Shown here piece after piece: positions 11,753-21,632 of a DNA stretch of 64,000 bases. Made by a program: the position numbers and the translations under genes. Each line of letters starts with the position of its first letter. The stretch's first letter is position 1. The notes under the pieces were generated by a model. The model saw nothing but the letters and a program-made list of their open reading frames with translations, ran no database searches and was not told where the DNA came from. The DNA comes from Rhodospirillaceae bacterium MC! (GTDB taxonomy: Bacteria > Pseudomonadota > Alphaproteobacteria > MC1), in contig NQOV01000007.1 of the NCBI GenBank assembly GCA_002632265.1, positions 143,823-207,822 on the forward strand, in the 5' to 3' direction.

Positions 11753-14581
11753 CTATCTTGAACCTAAACGATGATGAGATGAAGAACTTTTGTTAAATAT
11801 ACTTTTCTTACGCATGCGAGTTGGTAAAGAGTGAAATCCTGTGCTGTGGCTTTCCGATAGCTGACTATTTACTCCTGGTATGCTATCAACGGTAAAGGTC
11901 TGCTTGATCTTGCCATTTTCTGCAGAGCTTTGAATTCGGCTCACGCTGTAATTAATATGTTGGTTTTTCTTTTTGAAAGATATTTTCTTCTTAGAAATTT
12001 TCTTCTTATGAGCTATCTTCTTATGAGCTATCTTCTTATGAGCTATCTTCTTATGAGCTGTCTTCGTAGAAAGTTTCTTGTTTTTAATCTTCTTAGGATT
12101 CACTTGAACGCTTTTACTATAATTCTTACGCTCACTTGAAACCTTGCCAATATTTGCTTTCTTAGAACTTACTTTCTTATAACTTACTTTCTTGGGACTT
12201 ACTTTCTTTACGCTGGCTTTCTTTACGCTGGCTTTCTTCAAGCTTGATTTCTTAAGGCCTGCTTTCTTAATACTCGCTTTCTTAATAGTAGCTTTCTTAA
12301 TAGTAGCTTTCTTAATAGTAGCTTTTTTATGATTGGCTTTCTTCACACCCAATACATGAGTAGATTTCTTAAGACCCACAGGAGAGATTTTATGCTCTTG
12401 TGTGCTTGTGTGAGTTCTCAATAAATGAGTGGATTTATGCTTATGTTTATGGGATGTGGCGTATAATTTAGCGGAATGTTTATGTTGTGCCAATAGTCCT
12501 GTAGAGCCTGTTAATTCGTCCAACTGGGCTTTAATGTTGGCTTTATTTTCCCTATCCACAGATAACTCCTGCTTAGCGTCATCCAAATGGGATCTATGGC
12601 TTAAGCGTTCTTTTTTGTTGTCTGATATGACTTTTTTAAATAAAATAACACTTCCTTGAGAAAGCTTTTTCTCGTCCTTAAGATCGGTAATTTTAGTTTT
12701 ATAACCAACCTTATCATCTTGAGCTAGTAAGATATTATCTTTTTTCTCGCTAAGATCAACCTTAGATTGATCAAGATTTTCTTTACTATCTTGAATATGT
12801 TCTCGAGTAGCTGAAATACTTTGAACATAATCGCCTTTTACTGTTAAAAGATCTTCTTGAATTTTTAAAACTTCATCACGATCGGCTCTCAATTGATCAA
12901 GCTCCATGATCTTTAAGGGTTTGCTGTTTCTAAGCTCTTGAATGCTGTTAATGGCGGTTAATTTATCAGCTTTATTTTTCTCCAAATCTGCCACATGAAT
13001 TTCAAGGCTTTCTTTAACTTCACTTAAGTTAGTTTTTAGATCTGCACGCTCTTCTTTTGCTTGCACAAGTAAGGGCTTATTATTTTCAAAACTCGCTTTT
13101 AATGGATCATAAACACTTGTTTTATATTCATTTAGATCGGAAGTTTTTTCATTTATATCTTGAGTAATATTCTTGGCGATTTTCTCCTTATACTTTAAAC
13201 TATGGGATAATTGAGTGGTTTCGCTCTTAATACCTTTGATGAGATTCTTATATTTTACCACGCTAACAAAATCATGATCCTTAAGAGCTTCCTTTAATTT
13301 TACTTTGTAATCCGCTTGTAAAGCATTATTCTTTTTGATATTTGTTGTAAGATTATCAACTTCTTTATTTACCGCAGTTAGTTTATTTTCCTGGGAAGAT
13401 AAATCATCTTTTTTAGCTATATAATGTGCTTTAGCGTCCTTAAACTCGCCAATTGAGGCTTTTAATTCGCTCATTAAAGCTTTATTTTCTTGGATATTGC
13501 TTTTTAAGTTGACTATAAAAGACTTATCGGCAGTAATATTGCTTTTAGTGTTTTCTATATCCGCTTGGGCCTCTTGTTTATCTTCAATACTTGAGCGTAA
13601 TGATTGGATAATGCTTTGTAAATCGGCTTTTGCTTGGCTTGTGTTGTTTCTAATGCTAGCAATTAGTTTATTATTTTCCCCTATTTTCTCTTTAATGGTA
13701 GAAAGCAGATTTTTATATTCTGTAATACTGTTTTTATCTTGGGTAATTGAAGCCCTTACACCTACGATATTATCAATAATACTTTGACGCATTTGTTTTA
13801 GTCCAGCTAAATTTACCTTGGTTTCACTTAGATATTTACGATAATTTTCTATGTTTAATTTAGCTTGGGCGATTTTATCTTTATCAGTATTTACACCGTC
13901 TCGGCTTTGATTAATGATGTTGGTATTTTCTTGGATCAAGATCTTTTCATTGGCAATTAAGCCTAATTTTGCTTGGATAGCCTCGTTAACACTTGCTAAA
14001 AGCTTTCTTAAATCGTCAATAATTTGAGCGTTATCGTTATCAGGATCAGGATTAATCTCCGAGCCGTTATCGTCGTCGTTGCCATTACCGTTATCGTTAT
14101 CAGCGTCCGAACCGTTAGAGTTATCATTACCGTTATCCGAATCAACAGTGTTATCACTCTCATTTGGGAGAATCATGCTAGATGTAGATCTATGGGATGT
14201 GCCGAATTCAATGGGCGGTATAATATACACATCTTCATTGGTGGTGATCTTACTTCCTGCTACCTTTTTACTGTGAGTAGCGTAAGATTGTGCCTTAAAG
14301 TTATCAATATTAAGCTCATCAACTGTTACCACTTTATCAGTATAGATAATACTACTTGCTGGTAATAAATTAACGGGGATAGCTTTGGGATTGTCTAAAT
14401 CTTCTATATATACGCTTTGCTCTGCTGTGGAATTCTCGTAACTCGTAGCATAGTGATTGGTTATCTTTTTAGTTACCACGTAACCCAAAAGCATACTAAC
14501 TAAACCAACAAAGAAACCCGATATTAAATATTGTATCGCTTGTTGAAATGAGATTCTTTCTTTGTAATAATTGTGTTTCAT
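11753..14581 (-). CDS. Hypothetical 942-aa protein: N-terminal TM, D/N-rich linker, long coiled coil, Lys-rich pentapeptide tail
   Basis: Long ORF with AGGA RBS; TM at about aa 16-36; heptad pattern at about aa 185-690; KKATI/KKASV/KKIAH repeats. Confidence 0.8.
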   Translation of the reverse strand: MKHNYYKERISFQQAIQYLISGFFVGLVSMLLGYVVTKKITNHYATSYENSTAEQSVYIEDLDNPKAIPVNLLPASSIIYTDKVVTVDELNIDNFKAQSYATHSKKVAGSKITTNEDVYIIPPIEFGTSHRSTSSMILPNESDNTVDSDNGNDNSNGSDADNDNGNGNDDDNGSEINPDPDNDNAQIIDDLRKLLASVNEAIQAKLGLIANEKILIQENTNIINQSRDGVNTDKDKIAQAKLNIENYRKYLSETKVNLAGLKQMRQSIIDNIVGVRASITQDKNSITEYKNLLSTIKEKIGENNKLIASIRNNTSQAKADLQSIIQSLRSSIEDKQEAQADIENTKSNITADKSFIVNLKSNIQENKALMSELKASIGEFKDAKAHYIAKKDDLSSQENKLTAVNKEVDNLTTNIKKNNALQADYKVKLKEALKDHDFVSVVKYKNLIKGIKSETTQLSHSLKYKEKIAKNITQDINEKTSDLNEYKTSVYDPLKASFENNKPLLVQAKEERADLKTNLSEVKESLEIHVADLEKNKADKLTAINSIQELRNSKPLKIMELDQLRADRDEVLKIQEDLLTVKGDYVQSISATREHIQDSKENLDQSKVDLSEKKDNILLAQDDKVGYKTKITDLKDEKKLSQGSVILFKKVISDNKKERLSHRSHLDDAKQELSVDRENKANIKAQLDELTGSTGLLAQHKHSAKLYATSHKHKHKSTHLLRTHTSTQEHKISPVGLKKSTHVLGVKKANHKKATIKKATIKKATIKKASIKKAGLKKSSLKKASVKKASVKKVSPKKVSYKKVSSKKANIGKVSSERKNYSKSVQVNPKKIKNKKLSTKTAHKKIAHKKIAHKKIAHKKKISKKKISFKKKNQHINYSVSRIQSSAENGKIKQTFTVDSIPGVNSQLSESHSTGFHSLPTRMRKKSIFNKSSSSHHRLGSR
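12001..12325 (-). repeat. Coding 15-bp repeats (KKIAH, KKATI, KKASV types)
   Basis: TCTTCTTATGAGCTA x4 at 12001-12059 and GCTTTCTTAATAGTA repeats at about 12263-12325. Confidence 0.85.
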
Positions 14582-14677
14582 AATAAATTCCTAACCTATA
14601 AAAATATTCATAATGAGAGTGATTTCAATACATAGGAATAAGTTAGATTTTATTTGTGAATTTCAATATAAAAAACA

Positions 14678-14713
14678 AAAAAAGACTCTATCTTAAAAAG
14701 ATAGAGCCTTTTT
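14678..14713 (-). terminator. Intrinsic terminator of gap
   Basis: AAAAAAGACTCTATCTT-AA-AAGATAGAGCCTTTTT hairpin just after the gap stop. Confidence 0.75.
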
Positions 14714-14744
14714 CTAAATTACTAAAAATTAATTTTCATTAAAA

Positions 14745-15770
14745 TTAGCAATTAAACATAGCTACCGCTGTGTCTGTCATACGACAAGAGAAACCCCATT
14801 CGTTATCATACCAAGAAGCGATACGTACGAAGTTACCGTCCATTACTTTAGTACCAGTCGCATCAAAGTTTGATGTGAATGAACTATGGTTGAAATCGAT
14901 AGATACGAAAGGACCATCGAAATAACCTAAAGCATTTTTAAGAACTTTAGAATCAGCCGCTTTTTTGATTGCAGAGTTGATCTGATCAACTGTAACATCT
15001 TTACCAGCTTCGAAAGTAAGATCCACTAGAGATACGTTAGGAGTCGGTACACGTACCGCAACACCGTCTAACTTACCTTCTAATTTAGGTAATACTTTAG
15101 CAACCGCAATAGCAGCACCTGTAGTAGTAGGGATCATGCTTAAAGCACCAGCACGAGCACGGCGTGGATCTGGATGATATGAATCAACAATGTTTTGATC
15201 GCCTGTATAAGCGTGAATAGTAGTCATGAAACCACGAACAATACCGAATTCTTCATCTAAAATTTTAGCTACAGGAGCTAAACAGTTAGTTGTACAAGAC
15301 GCATTAGAAACAATAGTCATATCTGATTTAAGATCGCTATCATTTACACCGTAAACAACAGTAAGATCCGCTGTGCTTTCGCCTTTTCCTGCTTTACTAG
15401 GAGCAGAGATAAGAACTTTTTTAGCACCAGCTTTTAAGTGTCCGCCAGCTTTTTCTTTAGAAAGGAAAAGACCAGTACATTCATAAACAACATCAACATT
15501 AAGACCACCCCAGCCTAAATCAGCAGGGTTGCGTTCTGAAAAACATTTAACTGTTTTACCGTCAACGATGATATCAGAACCAGAAGCTTTAACATCATTT
15601 TTTAAAACACCATGAACTGAATCATACTTTAATAAATGAGCGTTAATTTCAACTGGTGCTAAATCATTAATACCTACAACTTCAACATCTGTACGACCAC
15701 TTTCTAAAATCGAACGGAACGCTAAACGACCGATACGACCAAAACCATTAATAGCAACACGAATAGCCAT
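14745..15770 (-). CDS. gap: Glyceraldehyde-3-phosphate dehydrogenase
   Basis: VAINGFGRIGR, SNASCTTNCLAP, WYDNEWGF. Start moved to MAIRV (15770), which follows GGAGG. Confidence 0.98.
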   Translation of the reverse strand: MAIRVAINGFGRIGRLAFRSILESGRTDVEVVGINDLAPVEINAHLLKYDSVHGVLKNDVKASGSDIIVDGKTVKCFSERNPADLGWGGLNVDVVYECTGLFLSKEKAGGHLKAGAKKVLISAPSKAGKGESTADLTVVYGVNDSDLKSDMTIVSNASCTTNCLAPVAKILDEEFGIVRGFMTTIHAYTGDQNIVDSYHPDPRRARAGALSMIPTTTGAAIAVAKVLPKLEGKLDGVAVRVPTPNVSLVDLTFEAGKDVTVDQINSAIKKAADSKVLKNALGYFDGPFVSIDFNHSSFTSNFDATGTKVMDGNFVRIASWYDNEWGFSCRMTDTAVAMFNC

Positions 15771-16010
15771 TATAAACCTCCAAAAAATAAGATTGGTTAA
15801 ATTAAATAAATCACATTTCCAACATCTAATTTCCTTTATTTTATAGCATAAAAACAAGAATATCAAAAAAAAAAGAATTGTGATATTGCAATTTAAAGAA
15901 TTACATGTAATAATAGAAATATAAAACATCTAATTTTGCAACATGTAAATATTGTAACACAAGAATAATCAAATGTTAAGAGTTTTTTATATATAATTAA
16001 AGGAAATAAC

Positions 16011-17306
16011 ATGGAAACAATATCACAAAGTAATATAAATACTGATTTGTATAGTAAATACAACACCTTAGACAACGGCAAAAATTTACAAGAAAATACA
16101 AATACTTTTAGAAATCCCTTGCAAAAAATTGATTCTAAGAATTTAAGCTCCAACCCGACCCCTGCCTCTTCGTTCCTTTTAGCAAGTGGCGGATTGGATT
16201 TCGCTCTAAAGGCTCTCAAGCGAAATATCGAAGCATTACAAAAGGAAAAACAAACTCTTAAGCTAAAAAATGGCAATCTAGAATTGGAATTAAGCCAATC
16301 ATCAGAACAAAAGAAGATTTTAGAAGCTGAAATTCTCGATCTGACCAAGAAAAATAGTATATACGAAACCAGTATTCAAGATTTAAAAGCTAAAGTTCAA
16401 TCTCTTCTCGACGGTGGATCTCTGGGAAATCAGACGATTACATCTGATTCTATCTCTGATTCGCTATCTGCTCCAACTCCTGCTCCAACTCCAACTCCTG
16501 ATCCTAAGCCTGCTAGCACGCCTATTCTTGATCCGACGCCTACAGTTTCCCAACCGCTGGCGATCAATCCATTTACACCACTTAATCCGCCTGTGATGAA
16601 TCCGAATCCGCCTGCCAATCCCCCAACAGATTCGCAAGCAAAAGACACAAGCAAGGTAGCAAATCCCAATGAAGTCTTGCACGATGTGGCGAATTTCTTG
16701 AATTTTGATGAACCTACAGAGCAATTAAATACTCTCCTAGAGCAGGATCTAGGAACAAAAGAACCAGCGATAAAAACAAAATTACCCGAGATTCTAGATT
16801 CGGACGGCAGTAGCCTTAATCCTGCTGATCACATGGTCAATTTCGATGATGTTATCAATAAGCAAGCACAAAATAACATTTCCATTGAAGATCATGAAGA
16901 ATTTAACAATTTCCTTTCGAAAAACAACACTCCACCACCGCCACCGCCACAGCCTAAGGATTTTGTTATCAATAACAATATTCCAAACATTTCAAACCCC
17001 GTACCAACTCCCATGACACCGCCTTCGGTTAGTAATATTATAGATCAAAAGAACTACAATAATATCAATCAGATAAGTAATAGCTTAAGTGCTAATATGG
17101 AAAATAATAGCAATATGAATCCTGCAACTCCCACCATTCCCCAACCCGTACAAATCCCAACTCCAAACACTAATCCAAGTATGAGTAATCCAAGTATGAG
17201 TAATCCAAGTATGAGTAATCCAAGTATGAATAATCCAAGTATGAACAATCCGAGTATAAATAATAAAAAAAATATACCTAATTTAGATCTAATGTTAAAT
17301 AAATAA
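16011..17306 (+). CDS. Coiled-coil plus Pro/Asn-rich disordered protein upstream of zapA (possible ZauP/DUF4164 positional analogue)
   Basis: AAGGA RBS; coiled coil at about aa 62-134; PTPAPTP and NPSMS repeats; 12 bp before zapA. Confidence 0.7.
   Translation: METISQSNINTDLYSKYNTLDNGKNLQENTNTFRNPLQKIDSKNLSSNPTPASSFLLASGGLDFALKALKRNIEALQKEKQTLKLKNGNLELELSQSSEQKKILEAEILDLTKKNSIYETSIQDLKAKVQSLLDGGSLGNQTITSDSISDSLSAPTPAPTPTPDPKPASTPILDPTPTVSQPLAINPFTPLNPPVMNPNPPANPPTDSQAKDTSKVANPNEVLHDVANFLNFDEPTEQLNTLLEQDLGTKEPAIKTKLPEILDSDGSSLNPADHMVNFDDVINKQAQNNISIEDHEEFNNFLSKNNTPPPPPPQPKDFVINNNIPNISNPVPTPMTPPSVSNIIDQKNYNNINQISNSLSANMENNSNMNPATPTIPQPVQIPTPNTNPSMSNPSMSNPSMSNPSMNNPSMNNPSINNKKNIPNLDLMLNK
17172..17261 (+). 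repeat. 6 x 15-bp coding repeat, NPS(M/I)(S/N)
   Basis: AATCCAAGTATGAGT and variants in tandem. Confidence 0.9.
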
Positions 17307-17318
17307 GGAAAAAATCAC

Positions 17319-17690
17319 ATGAGCAATTTAAACAATGTAGACAATACAGCTACAATAACCATGAATATCAAGGGAAAAACATATTCGATCCGCTTGGATA
17401 AAAACCAAAAACATCTTGCCACAAGAGCCGCCGAATACGTTAATAAATCCCTAGATAGCGTAAAAGGTAACTTCGCCAACGCCGATCGAGAAGTGATTCT
17501 AACATACGGAATCATTTTATTAGCCGATGAAGCTCTCGAACTCAAAGAAGAAATCAAAAAACTTCAAGCAGAAAAAGCTCAACTGGAAAACAACGTAAAA
17601 ATCCACGCCGAAGACGAAGTCATCCGAGTTCTCGAAAAACACACAGAAAAAGTCAACACTCTTTCGGCCATGCTAAATAAAAATATCTAA
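17319..17690 (+). CDS. zapA: Cell division protein ZapA
   Basis: ITMNIKGKTYSI..HL...AEYV, then GIILLADE and a coiled coil; the context divergent from gap fits alphaproteobacterial zapA. Confidence 0.75.
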   Translation: MSNLNNVDNTATITMNIKGKTYSIRLDKNQKHLATRAAEYVNKSLDSVKGNFANADREVILTYGIILLADEALELKEEIKKLQAEKAQLENNVKIHAEDEVIRVLEKHTEKVNTLSAMLNKNI

Positions 17691-17754
17691 AAAATGGGAC
17701 TGGGGGAAATAGCCAAATAAAATAATCACATAAAATAACCAAATAAGTGCTTTT

Positions 17755-18195
17755 TCACTGCCCTTTTAACACAACTGCAAGTGAAATTGCTATAACAAAT
17801 AATATGACTAAAAGTGGTAGCAAATTTATATTTCTTCTTCTAACTTCTTTTGATTCTTTCTTGTAAGCTCTATAAATTATCAGGATCACAACAAAAATCA
17901 CACCAGCCAGCATTAAGCACAATTCAAAGGCGTAATATATTATCAGCGGAAAATTCCGCCACATCATCTCTTGCGAATAAAAACACCCTGCAAACATTAA
18001 CCCTTCCATACATGCACTTGCTAAGATAAACAATATAATGATTCTCACGAATCCCGTCTGCTTCACAAACCCCTTACACAACTCCACCCCTACCCTAAAA
18101 GCAACATACAAAGCTATCAAACCAACAACAACACACAACAACAAAACTCCCAACATCATAATTATATCTGTAGTTGAAATAGTAAACCCTGCCAT
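17755..18195 (-). CDS. Hypothetical 4-TM membrane protein
   Basis: Four hydrophobic segments; 19 bp downstream of the MTase; its C-terminus (LKGQ*) is encoded by a palindromic-element remnant. Confidence 0.6.
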   Translation of the reverse strand: MAGFTISTTDIIMMLGVLLLCVVVGLIALYVAFRVGVELCKGFVKQTGFVRIIILFILASACMEGLMFAGCFYSQEMMWRNFPLIIYYAFELCLMLAGVIFVVILIIYRAYKKESKEVRRRNINLLPLLVILFVIAISLAVVLKGQ

Positions 18196-18214
18196 AATTT
18201 TCCGCCTTTGTTTG

Positions 18215-19132
18215 TTAAATTATATTTTGTAAAGATAAGGATTGTGCTATTGCTCGCACAACATTTACACATACACTATTACCAAATTGCTTATATGCCT
18301 GATTATCACTGACAACAATTTTAAAAGACCGAGGAAAGCCCTGCAATCTAGCGGCCTCTCTTGGCGTTAGCTTTCTAGGATTCTTATCTTTTTGTTCTAT
18401 CAAGATTTCTGATCCATCTTTGTAATATCTAGCCGATATGGTATTTGTATAATGACTATGCTCATTTACCATACCATAACCAAAGCCGTTTCCCTTTTGT
18501 TTATGCTCAAGCTTACGACGTTGATGGCCAGCCCATAGGCGATCCGATATGGTATATTTCTCATGAACATTTTTATCTAGAATATCCCCAACAACGCATT
18601 TTTCCCCTGTGGGTTTGGGAAATTGATAATTGATGTGCGTATCCTTTAAAGCGACTATATATATTCTTTCTCTTTTTTGTGGCAAGCCAAAATCTATCCC
18701 TGATAGTATTTGATCAAATACATTATAGCCTTGTTTTTCCAAACTGTTTTTTATGACCTTAAATGTGTTGCCCTTATCGTGGGATTTTAATCTTTTAACA
18801 TTTTCCAATAAGACTACATTGGGTTTATGATATGCAATAATCTTTTCAATATAAAAGAAGAGTACCCCCCTTTCATCTTCAAAGCCTTTTTTGAATCCTG
18901 CTTGAGAAAATGGCTGACAAGGGAATCCAGCTAATAATAAATCATGTGCTGGGATATCTTTGGGATCTATTTGAGTAATATCACCGAATGGTTCTTCGTC
19001 ATAGTTGGCAATATATGATTGTCTAGCGAATTTGTCAATTTCCGATGAAAACACACACTCGCCCCCTAATTCATCAAAAGGTATTCTGATTCCGCCAATG
19101 CCTGCAAATAAATCGATAAATTTAAATGTCAT
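18215..19132 (-). CDS. C5-cytosine DNA methyltransferase, SsoII/NlaX-like (probable CCNGG)
   Basis: FAGIGG, GFPCQ, ENV, QKRERI; target-recognition region YTISDRLWAGHQRRK..GNGFGY..TISARYYKDGSEIL recalled as SsoII-family. Confidence 0.9.
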   Translation of the reverse strand: MTFKFIDLFAGIGGIRIPFDELGGECVFSSEIDKFARQSYIANYDEEPFGDITQIDPKDIPAHDLLLAGFPCQPFSQAGFKKGFEDERGVLFFYIEKIIAYHKPNVVLLENVKRLKSHDKGNTFKVIKNSLEKQGYNVFDQILSGIDFGLPQKRERIYIVALKDTHINYQFPKPTGEKCVVGDILDKNVHEKYTISDRLWAGHQRRKLEHKQKGNGFGYGMVNEHSHYTNTISARYYKDGSEILIEQKDKNPRKLTPREAARLQGFPRSFKIVVSDNQAYKQFGNSVCVNVVRAIAQSLSLQNII

Positions 19133-19136
19133 AATA

Positions 19137-20015
19137 TTAGTTTTCCCAATAGTTTAATATATCTGGTATTTCGTGAAAGAAATATTCTTCAAAGGAAATT
19201 ACATTTCTTTTATCTAAAAGCTTTTCCTTAAAATTTTGAAAGACAACAAGTATTAAATTATGTTTCGCCATTTTATCCACAACTGATTTACTGATGTTAT
19301 CATCAGCGGTTAATAAATATATGCTTGATAAATTAGCACGTTTTAACTCTTCAACAACTTCTTGCCATCTCTCTCGCAGAGTGGTTTTCATAGTGCCTAC
19401 GATGACTTTATCTCGTCTTTTTTCGAACTCTTCCAAGCCTGGCAATAGCGAATCCACCAACTTACCGAATCCTTTTTCTTCAAAAATCGAAGATCCTATT
19501 AAAGCTTGGGACGCATATTTATAATCTAAAGCATTATATAGGGCATAAATACAATATTCAAAGGTTTTTCCTGCTCTAGAACGGCGTGATTGTGTATTGC
19601 TTAAGCCTAAATGATAAATATAAGGATATATCATCCCTGAATATTCCCCATAAACATCATTAATACTCTTATATATCTCTTCTTTAGTGCCTAATAGGTT
19701 TAAATTATTATCCAATAGGGTTTTAAAAGTATCTTTGGGTGTGGAAAATTTGTTGATTAATTCTTTTAATACAAGAGTATTGAATTTACTTTCTTCCAAT
19801 AGAAATTCTTCATAGCACGTTTCTCGCAAAAAGTATAGTATATTCGATATATCTTTGTTTTGTAACGATTTTGCGATCTTATCTTTGTATTTTTTAAAAA
19901 CGAAGTTTGTATTGTCATAAACTGTTTTAATATGCTCTTTTCTCATATCTCGAATGTACTTTGTGAACTGTTTATCTTCTTCTTCGCTCAATTTAACTAA
20001 ATAGCTTAATTCCAT
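19137..20015 (-). CDS. Type II restriction endonuclease, SsoII/Ecl18kI (EcoRII-C) family
   Basis: QSRRSRAGKTFE, VD..LP and KTTLRERWQEV motifs; adjacent to the cognate MTase. Confidence 0.88.
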   Translation of the reverse strand: MELSYLVKLSEEEDKQFTKYIRDMRKEHIKTVYDNTNFVFKKYKDKIAKSLQNKDISNILYFLRETCYEEFLLEESKFNTLVLKELINKFSTPKDTFKTLLDNNLNLLGTKEEIYKSINDVYGEYSGMIYPYIYHLGLSNTQSRRSRAGKTFEYCIYALYNALDYKYASQALIGSSIFEEKGFGKLVDSLLPGLEEFEKRRDKVIVGTMKTTLRERWQEVVEELKRANLSSIYLLTADDNISKSVVDKMAKHNLILVVFQNFKEKLLDKRNVISFEEYFFHEIPDILNYWEN

Positions 20016-20167
20016 AATCTTCTCTATAATTTAAAATCTATATTAGCTTTAATAATATACATTTAATCTTAATATTGCAAGATAAAACTATCTTAAGGCA
20101 TATGAAAAATAAGTTCATATGTTCTTCGCCCCCCCCACACAAAACCAAAGGGGTGGGAAAAAGTGCT

Positions 20168-20959
20168 TTACATTCCTACGTCGTAAACACTCATGGTGGC
20201 GTCTTTTTGGACTTTGGCGATGGTTAGGGTGTAGATTTGGTTTGCTCCTGCTTTTTTGAGAATTTTGGCACATTCGTTTAGGGTAGAGCCTGTGGTGTGG
20301 ACGTCGTCTATTATGAGAATGTTTTTGTTGTAGATGAGATCGGGATTTTTAAGGGAAAAGCTATTTTTTATATTATAGGTTCGTTGTCGGCTGGTGCGAC
20401 CTTCTTGGGGGCGGGTGGGTTTGGATTTGTAGAGGATGTTGGGTTGGAGTTTGTTGATATCGCCTGTGATTTTGCTTAGATATTTAGCTAAAAGAAAGGC
20501 TTGGTTGTATTTTCTTTTACGCATTTTTTGATTGTGAATGGGAATAGGGATAATAAGATCAGATTTAGTAAAAAGTTCTTGTCCAGTATTTGCCATTAGT
20601 TTGGCGAAGAACATTGAAAGTTCGGTACTATCGTTATGTTTAAATTTAATAATAAGAGTTCGAATTTCTTTAGTATAAGAGAATACGGCTTTGGCATGAT
20701 CAACAAAGGGCGGTTGGCGATAGCATTTGGGACAAACAGGTAAATGATTCAAACGCAATAGGACATCTGTTCCAGATAGACGCTCTAAACATTTACTACA
20801 AGTTTGGCTTGTGATGAATTCGAGCTTATGCCAACAATCAAGGCAGATATCATCTTGAGAAAACACGGTGTTTTTACAAACCAAGCAGAGATTCGGCAGT
20901 AACAAAAATTTTACTAGAACAAACATATGCTTTATTTTGTCGAAAAATGAATATATCAT
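20168..20959 (-). CDS. comF: ComF-family amidophosphoribosyltransferase-like protein
   Basis: Double zinc ribbon (CxxC x4), IPIPIH..RKYNQA, IIDDVHTTGST. Confidence 0.92.
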   Translation of the reverse strand: MIYSFFDKIKHMFVLVKFLLLPNLCLVCKNTVFSQDDICLDCWHKLEFITSQTCSKCLERLSGTDVLLRLNHLPVCPKCYRQPPFVDHAKAVFSYTKEIRTLIIKFKHNDSTELSMFFAKLMANTGQELFTKSDLIIPIPIHNQKMRKRKYNQAFLLAKYLSKITGDINKLQPNILYKSKPTRPQEGRTSRQRTYNIKNSFSLKNPDLIYNKNILIIDDVHTTGSTLNECAKILKKAGANQIYTLTIAKVQKDATMSVYDVGM

Positions 20960-21594
20960 AAATTAAATAGTTCGGCACTTACGTTGTAGAATTTTTCTTC
21001 GCTAAATTGGGTTAAAGATGTTTTAGTTATCTTAAGGCCATATGTGAAGTTCTCATTTTTAATGAGAGTTACCAATCTCCCACCAACGGCCAATTGATCA
21101 ATAAAGACTTGTGGCACTTCATGAATCGCTCCATTAATTAGGATGATGTTGTAGGGGGCGTTTTTAGCGTATCCGTCCTTATATAGCATTTCTATCACGA
21201 CACTATTATCGATTTCGAATCTTGACAAATTCTCTTCTGTGATACTTACGAGTTTATAATTCTTTTCTAAAGCTAAAATATTCGCTCCGAGTTTGGACAT
21301 AACAACGGTGGCATATCCTGAACTACAGCCGATTTCTAACACGCTATCATTATCTTTAATATCGCACTTATGAATTAATAATAGCTGGGTAGACGGGGCT
21401 AGGATGAAATCGTATTTATTAAAATGCAATAATCTATCTTGATAGGCGGATTTATCACGATATTTTATGGGAACAAAATGCACTCGATCGCACTCAAAGG
21501 CCACTTGAGCGATATCTGACGGTATATGATGTGATACAATCAATTGATTTATCATCATATTATAATTCATAATTTTATTTTTTAGCTCGCCCAT
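20956..21594 (-). CDS. pcm: Protein-L-isoaspartate O-methyltransferase-like
   Basis: MINQL, RVHFVP..AYQD, VLEIGCSSGY, APYNIILING, QLAVGGRLV. Confidence 0.8.
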   Translation of the reverse strand: MGELKNKIMNYNMMINQLIVSHHIPSDIAQVAFECDRVHFVPIKYRDKSAYQDRLLHFNKYDFILAPSTQLLLIHKCDIKDNDSVLEIGCSSGYATVVMSKLGANILALEKNYKLVSITEENLSRFEIDNSVVIEMLYKDGYAKNAPYNIILINGAIHEVPQVFIDQLAVGGRLVTLIKNENFTYGLKITKTSLTQFSEEKFYNVSAELFNL

Positions 21595-21632
21595 AATTAC
21601 ATTTTTCCACTCACTAAGATTCCTTAAGAAAT

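Noticed and set aside
17745-20168. Composite transposon formed by element ends around the R-M cassette
   Set aside because: The remnants' outer ends face the cassette, and similar remnants occur at many stop codons, so the flanking may be coincidental.
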